Shown here piece after piece: positions 27,801 through 32,783 of a DNA stretch of 32,783 bases (positions within the stretch are counted from its first letter, which is position 1; the number at the start of each line of letters is the position of its first letter). Source of the stretch: Halobacteroidaceae bacterium. GTDB taxonomy: Bacteria > Bacillota > Halanaerobiia > B1SED10-174. Below the pieces are notes generated by a model. It saw nothing but the letters and a program-made list of their open reading frames with translations, did no database searches and had not been told where the DNA came from. Location of the stretch: contig PUKG01000280.1 in NCBI GenBank assembly GCA_003550445.1, forward strand, positions 1 to 32,783, read 5' to 3'. The position numbers were made by a program, and so were the translations under genes.

Positions 27801-29144
27801 TTAATTCATTTCTTTTTTAATAACTCCAGAAACCTCATTTAAAATTTCCTCGATTAACCTTTCCTCCTTTCCCTCGGCCATTACCCTGATCACCGGCTCT
27901 GTTCCAGAAGCCCTGACTAAAAGCCGGCCCCTATCCCCAAATTTCTCCTCAGCCTTTTTTATCACCTCCTGAATACTGGTGTTGCCTTCCCAATCCTTAT
28001 TCTTCACCTTAACATTTCTCAGTAACTGCGGCCATGGCTTCATTATACCCGCAAGATTGGAGAGGGTCCTTTTTTCCTGGGAAATTACGTTTCCCAGCAT
28101 AATGGATGTAAGAATTCCATCCCCGGTAGTATTGTTTTCCAGGAAAATAATATGACCGGACTTTTCCCCACCAAGAGTTAATTTATTCCCTCTTAAGGCT
28201 TCCAGAACATAACGGTCCCCATTTTGGGTAAAAAGAAGTTTTCCGCCCTGTTTTCCAAGGGCTTCTTGTAAACCCTGATTGCTATAACGGGTTGCTACTA
28301 CAGTTTTGCTGGCGAGTTCCCCTGTTTTTAATAAGTGGCAGCCACAAATAGCCATTATGAAATCCCCATCCAGCTCATTTCCTTTTTCATCAATTGCAAT
28401 AACCCTGTCAGCATCACCATCAAAAGCAAAGCCAAAATCTGCTCCAGTTTCACAAATTACCTTTTTGATCTCCCTGGGATTTGTGGATCCACATTCAAGG
28501 TTAATCTTTTCCCCCACAGGAGAATCATTCAGGCAAATAACTTCTGCTCCAAGGCTTTCCCAGGTCCGGGGAGCAATTTCCCAGGCTGCTCCAAAAGCTG
28601 TATCAAGAACCACTTTAAATCCTGAAAAATCCCCTTTAGCCTTTTCGCATAAAAATTTTAAATATTTTTCCTTTAAATGAGGTGCTTCAAACTTGTGGCC
28701 CACCTCTTTCCCTTCGGGTCGACTGCAGCTATCTCTATTCCCCATAATTTCCTCAATTTTTTCTTCCTCTTCGTCCGTCAATTTATTTCCGTCATGGTTA
28801 AAAAACTTAATTCCGTTGTCTGCAATAGGATTATGGGAGGCTGAAATCATGACTCCACCACAAAAATCTTCGGTTCTGGTTAAGTACGCAACTCCAGGGG
28901 TAGGTATTATCCCCCCCAGAAAAACATCCAATCCAGCAGCGGTAAACCCGGCAATAAGAGCAGATTCAAGCATATCTCCTGACAGCCTTGTATCTCTACC
29001 GATCAAAACCCGCCCCACCTGAGAACCCTTTTTTTTATCTAATAAAAACCTGCCTCCTGCAAGCCCAAGCTGTAAAGCCAGTTCAGGGGTCAATTCTTTG
29101 TTTGCAACTCCTCTGACACCGTCTGTTCCAAAAATTGAAGGCAA
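27801..29144 (-). CDS. glmM: Phosphoglucosamine mutase GlmM
   Basis: (M)PSIFGTDGVRGVANKELTPE... and the active-site SASHNPIADNGIKFF. 447 aa. TTG start; no in-frame ATG or GTG is nearby. Confidence 0.96.
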   Translation of the reverse strand: MPSIFGTDGVRGVANKELTPELALQLGLAGGRFLLDKKKGSQVGRVLIGRDTRLSGDMLESALIAGFTAAGLDVFLGGIIPTPGVAYLTRTEDFCGGVMISASHNPIADNGIKFFNHDGNKLTDEEEEKIEEIMGNRDSCSRPEGKEVGHKFEAPHLKEKYLKFLCEKAKGDFSGFKVVLDTAFGAAWEIAPRTWESLGAEVICLNDSPVGEKINLECGSTNPREIKKVICETGADFGFAFDGDADRVIAIDEKGNELDGDFIMAICGCHLLKTGELASKTVVATRYSNQGLQEALGKQGGKLLFTQNGDRYVLEALRGNKLTLGGEKSGHIIFLENNTTGDGILTSIMLGNVISQEKRTLSNLAGIMKPWPQLLRNVKVKNKDWEGNTSIQEVIKKAEEKFGDRGRLLVRASGTEPVIRVMAEGKEERLIEEILNEVSGVIKKEMN

Positions 29145-29435
29145 AACCCATCACCCTTTCCACCAAAAATAGTTAAAACCCTACCACTTTTTTTGGGTTT
29201 TATTTCGGATCGGAAGCTTATAAAATAGAGCGGAAAAAATCCCGCCCGATTAAAACAATTCCAGCGGGGTTCCCGGAACCGGGGAGAACCATATCTTGTT
29301 CAAAAAAATCTTTTCTTGTACCCCTAATATAATTTCTAAGTATTTTTCAACAATCCTTTTCCCAAGGGTTGAAAAAACTTTTTATTTCTATTTTTCTTGT
29401 AGTTTTTTTCTCAAACGGGCTTATTAAGAAAATTT

Positions 29436-29819
29436 TTACTGCCCTTTTTCTTCAATAACAACCTGCATGCCCTGGGGAGAAATATATTCAATTTCCCAGC
29501 CCCTGGGGTTATCAAGAACCACCGGCAACCAAAAGGTTCCCGAAACAACCTGCTCTAAGTCCAGATAAGCCCGCAGGATTTCTTTTACTTCTTCCTCTGT
29601 ATATTCGGGGGCAAATAACCCAACGTTAACATTTTCTGGCAGGAACTTAACCTCAAGGGTTTCTGGAAGATTTTCTTTTTCCAGGGCTAAATTTATTACT
29701 ATCCTCTCCTGTTCTGCTTCCCCAAAGCCGGGAATAGCCCAACCCGGACCGCTAACATAAAACCACAGGAGAAGGGCCAATAACAGGGCAGTTAGTTTTA
29801 ATTTTCTGTCCTCATTCAT
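29436..29819 (-). CDS. cdaR: Short YbbR-domain protein (CdaR-like regulator of CdaA)
   Basis: It overlaps cdaA by 4 nt (ATGA). It has the N-terminal anchor KLKLTALLLALLLWFYVS and a single YbbR-like module. At 127 aa it is much shorter than typical multi-YbbR CdaR proteins. Confidence 0.65.
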   Translation of the reverse strand: MNEDRKLKLTALLLALLLWFYVSGPGWAIPGFGEAEQERIVINLALEKENLPETLEVKFLPENVNVGLFAPEYTEEEVKEILRAYLDLEQVVSGTFWLPVVLDNPRGWEIEYISPQGMQVVIEEKGQ

Positions 29820-30607
29820 ACATTAACCCTCCAGCTGCGAAAAATATTTTTTTCATCCAATACCCTTTTAATTTCTCTCTGCAATTTTTCTTGCAGGCTA
29901 TCTTCATCAAAAAACCGCCGCATTCTCCCAGAATCAATAAGGCTTACAGTCCCTGTTTCTTCAGAAATTACCAGGGCAAGGGCATCTGATTGCTCTGTTA
30001 TTCCAATTCCAGCCCGGTGCCTTGTTCCCAGAGATGCCTTTACTTTACTTGTTTCTGCCAGGGGTAAAACACAGGAGGCAGCTTTTATCCTCCCATCGCT
30101 AATTATTACCGCACCATCATGGAGAGGGTTATGGGGGGAAAATATCCCAACCAGTAAATCCCTGGAAATAACACTATCCAGCATTGTCCCCTCTTCAATA
30201 TAATCTTTAAGCCCGGTTTCTCTTTCAATGACCAGAATGCCTCCCCAACCCTTTTCTGATAAACGAAACGCAGCTGACGCAATTTCCCGGGTGGTTTTTT
30301 CTCTGTCCACTGCTACCGGATTGAAAAATCTTCCCCGCCCAAGATGTTCCAGGGCTCTGCGGAGCTCAGGCTGGAAAACAATGGGCAGGGCCACAACCAG
30401 GAAGGTCATAACATTTCTTAAAATCCAGCTTATTGTGGTAAAGCCAAGGCGGTCGCTAATAAGGGCTGTAATAAAAAGCACGACAAGGCCTTTAAGTAAC
30501 TCCACTGCCCTTGTCCCCTTAATTAGCAAAATCAGGCGGTAGAAAACATAGGCCACAATTAGAATATCAACAATGTCTCTTATTGCCGCAGTCCAGAACA
30601 TAAGCAC
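29816..30607 (-). CDS. cdaA: Diadenylate cyclase CdaA (DisA_N/DAC domain)
   Basis: Three N-terminal TM helices, then GALIVIER-like GGILVIERETGL, PLHDGAVII, and GTRHRAGIGITEQSDALALVISEETGTVS. The start is either GTG 30607 or ATG 30601. Confidence 0.94.
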   Translation of the reverse strand: MLMFWTAAIRDIVDILIVAYVFYRLILLIKGTRAVELLKGLVVLFITALISDRLGFTTISWILRNVMTFLVVALPIVFQPELRRALEHLGRGRFFNPVAVDREKTTREIASAAFRLSEKGWGGILVIERETGLKDYIEEGTMLDSVISRDLLVGIFSPHNPLHDGAVIISDGRIKAASCVLPLAETSKVKASLGTRHRAGIGITEQSDALALVISEETGTVSLIDSGRMRRFFDEDSLQEKLQREIKRVLDEKNIFRSWRVNV

Positions 30608-30705
30608 CCTTCTCCTTTGATTATTATTTCAACAAGCAAATTAAAAAGTCCTTTCCAGAAGGGAAATCCACCCCTGATGTCTAAGCTTCTTTTTGAGGTG
30701 AAAAA

Positions 30706-31416
30706 ATGGCTAAAAAATCAAGGCATTCTCTCTGGAACATTAAAGATATTATTATCCTGCAGTTTTCCTTTTTCTTAATTCGGGAATTTGTCCGCTGGGG
30801 TCATGATACCTTTATAACAGGGGACGGATTTGTTAACCTTCTTTTCCCGGTGATAGGTCAACTTTTGTTTTTAGCAGTGGTTTTTTTCTGGTTATTCTTT
30901 CTTTACCAGGTCCCCCCGCCTTACCTTGGGTTAACCCTGGAAAAACTAAAAAGCGGGTCTATCCTGGGCCTCAAGCTGGGGATCCCCCTTGTCCTTCTCG
31001 TAATTTTCCTTATCAATTTCCCCATGGCTGCCAGAGAAAGCCCACAGGCTTTCTCCCCTGTCTATTTTATTTCCAATGCCGAAACCTTAGCTACCTCCTT
31101 TTTATACCTTGCCCTCCTTGGGGGAATTCTTTTTCTGCCCGCCCTTGGTACCGAGTTATACTTTAGGGGAATCATTACCGGTTATTTTCACCGGAAATGG
31201 GGGTCTATTAGCGCCGCTTTTTTCAGTTCAATCTTTTTTGCCCTTTTTTGGGGAGCAGTACACCCGGGATGGTTTATTTTCCATTTTATCCTGGGGCTTG
31301 CCCTTTATTACTTATATGTCAGTCGGGAAAGCCTCTGGCCCGGGGTTATTTACCTGACCTTTATCCAAGCCGGACTAACCCTATACGCTGTTGGTTGGGA
31401 TTATTTGAATATATAA
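30706..31416 (+). CDS. CPBP-family intramembrane glutamic endopeptidase (CAAX protease/Abi family)
   Basis: A polytopic protein with the motifs GTELYFRG (ExxxR) and FFALFWGAVH (FxxxH). GAGGTG lies 5 nt upstream of the ATG. Confidence 0.8.
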   Translation: MAKKSRHSLWNIKDIIILQFSFFLIREFVRWGHDTFITGDGFVNLLFPVIGQLLFLAVVFFWLFFLYQVPPPYLGLTLEKLKSGSILGLKLGIPLVLLVIFLINFPMAARESPQAFSPVYFISNAETLATSFLYLALLGGILFLPALGTELYFRGIITGYFHRKWGSISAAFFSSIFFALFWGAVHPGWFIFHFILGLALYYLYVSRESLWPGVIYLTFIQAGLTLYAVGWDYLNI

Positions 31417-31449
31417 AAGGCGAGGCCAAATTGGCCCCGCCTTTTTTTA
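31414..31449. terminator. Bidirectional rho-independent terminator between the convergent CPBP gene and kbl
   Basis: AAA, GGCGAGGCC, loop AAATT, GGCCCCGCC (one mismatch), TTTTTTT. Confidence 0.8.
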
Positions 31450-32625
31450 AACCAGGTTTAACTCTTTCCCAATCTTTTTGAATTTTTCCAGGGCAAAATC
31501 AAGATCATCTTTGCTGTGAGTGGCTGAAATCATAACCCTAATTCTTGCCTTCCCTCTTGCAACAAGGGGGAACCCAATTGCTTGGGCAAAGATTTTTTCT
31601 TCTAAAAGCCTTCTGCTAAAATCGGCTGCCTGATGGGCTTCCCCAATCATTACCGGAGTTATTGGAGTCTCTGTTAATCCAGTATTCAAGCCAATTTCTT
31701 TTATCCCTTTTTGGAAGTACCGGGCATTTTCCCACAGTTTCTCTACAAGCTCTCCGCTTTCAGAAAGAATTCTCACTGCTTCTAAGGTAGCCGCGGTATC
31801 GGGAACGGTTAGGGCAGAGCTAAAGGTAAAGGGGCGGGCTTTTTGAATCAAATACTCAATTAAGTTTTTGCTTCCCGCGATTACCCCGCCCATAACCCCC
31901 AGGGCTTTTGAAAAGGTTCCTACTTCCACATCAACACGCCCGTGTAAATTGAAATGGTCTACAATTCCTCTACCAGCGCGGCCAACTACTCCTTCTCCAT
32001 GAGCATCATCAACATATGTCATTGCTCCATATTTTTCTGCAAGTTCCACTATTTCCGGAAGGGGAGCAATATCTCCATCCATACTGAAAACCCCGTCACA
32101 AATAATTAGTTTCTTCCCTTCCGGGGTTTCTTTCAGGACTTTTTCCAGCCCATCCATATCGTTATGGGGGTAGACTTTCTTTGCAGCCCGGCTCAGACGG
32201 GAACCGTCAATAATACTTGCGTGGTTTAATTCATCGCTAATAATAGTATCTCCCTTATCAGCAAGGGCAGGAATTGCAGCAAGGTTTGCGCTGAAACCTG
32301 ACTGAAGAACAAGGGTTGCTTCAACCCCTTTAAATTCAGCAAGTTCCCTTTCCAGTTCTTTGTGTATTGTCATAGTACCTGCAATGGTCCGAACAGCACC
32401 CGGTCCAACCCCATATTTATCAATTGCTTTTTTTGCAGCTTCTTTAATTCTTGGGTCGGCTGCAAAACCGAGGTAGTTATTGGAACAGAAATTTAAAACC
32501 TTTTCCCCTTTGATTTGAACCCATGCTCCCTGGGCTCCCTCTAGGGTTTGGATATTTTTATAAAGCCCTTCATCCTTCAATTCCTGCAGATCTCGGTCAA
32601 TAAAGTCCATTTTTCCCTGTGTCAT
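31447..32625 (-). CDS. kbl: Glycine C-acetyltransferase (2-amino-3-ketobutyrate CoA ligase)
   Basis: 392 aa in the alpha-oxoamine synthase family: [16 protein letters not shown], and the PLP lysine in GTFSKALG. It lies immediately downstream of tdh. Confidence 0.93.
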   Translation of the reverse strand: MTQGKMDFIDRDLQELKDEGLYKNIQTLEGAQGAWVQIKGEKVLNFCSNNYLGFAADPRIKEAAKKAIDKYGVGPGAVRTIAGTMTIHKELERELAEFKGVEATLVLQSGFSANLAAIPALADKGDTIISDELNHASIIDGSRLSRAAKKVYPHNDMDGLEKVLKETPEGKKLIICDGVFSMDGDIAPLPEIVELAEKYGAMTYVDDAHGEGVVGRAGRGIVDHFNLHGRVDVEVGTFSKALGVMGGVIAGSKNLIEYLIQKARPFTFSSALTVPDTAATLEAVRILSESGELVEKLWENARYFQKGIKEIGLNTGLTETPITPVMIGEAHQAADFSRRLLEEKIFAQAIGFPLVARGKARIRVMISATHSKDDLDFALEKFKKIGKELNLV

Positions 32626-32637
32626 ATTAAATCCTCC

Positions 32638-32783
32638 TTACGGATATAAAATTACTTTGCCGCACGAACCGGAAAGGACCAGTTCGAAGGCTTTTTCAAA
32701 TTCATCGAAAGAAAAGGAATGGGTAATAAGTGGTTTTAAATCAAGCCCCGATGTAAGTAATGATTCCATTTTATACCAGGTAT
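32638..32783 (-). CDS. tdh: L-threonine 3-dehydrogenase, last 47 codons only; the 5' part runs off the right edge
   Basis: Absent from the ORF track. My translation is [47 protein letters not shown], a typical Tdh C-terminus. It forms the classic tdh-kbl pair, with the stop 12 nt before the kbl ATG. Confidence 0.85.
   Translation of the reverse strand, partial: TWYKMESLLTSGLDLKPLITHSFSFDEFEKAFELVLSGSCGKVILYP

Noticed and set aside
29145-29435. A c-di-AMP (ydaO/kimA-type) riboswitch next to the cdaA operon.
   Set aside because: I could not find the pseudo-twofold conserved ACGGGG/CCGA-type elements of that class by eye. The region is kept only as a generic structured spacer. An Infernal scan would be decisive.

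Overview
This is a chromosomal, housekeeping-dense region. About 29 protein genes, one tRNA and one ribozyme are packed with short gaps and many 4-60 nt overlaps. All genes are on the minus strand except tRNA-Pro and two membrane-protein genes. The synteny is Gram-positive (Firmicutes-like):
- tdh-kbl
- cdaA, a short cdaR, then glmM and a glmS ribozyme-glmS
- acpS-nnr-alr-mazEF
- asparaginase II, an M20 amidohydrolase, then tsaE-tsaB-rimI-tsaD
- CIRCE-groES-groEL
- a dcyD-like gene, then guaA, plsY and yerC
- a DUF3842 gene, an FAD oxidoreductase and an MFS transporter
- pcrA

Two real genes are missing from the supplied ORF track because they run off the window edges: pcrA on the left and tdh on the right. 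I saw no transposase, integrase, phage gene, CRISPR array or recognisable defence island, and no convincing multi-gene novel system.

The signals most worth a second look:
1. A dense, co-oriented cluster of seven DnaA boxes lies in the 219-bp spacer between tsaD and a radical-SAM gene. An eighth, perfect inverted box lies inside that gene.
2. An 897-aa secreted protein fuses an HExxH metalloprotease, TolB-like PD40 repeats and a C-terminal beta-barrel-like domain. That would imply an outer membrane in an otherwise Firmicutes-like genome.
3. A radical-SAM/PDZ/DUF512-like protein appears to have a permuted domain order.
4. The glmS ribozyme cleavage site sits only 5 nt after the glmM stop codon.
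5. A 290-bp structured, ORF-free spacer splits cdaR from glmM.

Several track start codons are revised from Shine-Dalgarno (SD) spacing and known N-termini. All protein calls come from reading motifs by eye; no searches were run.
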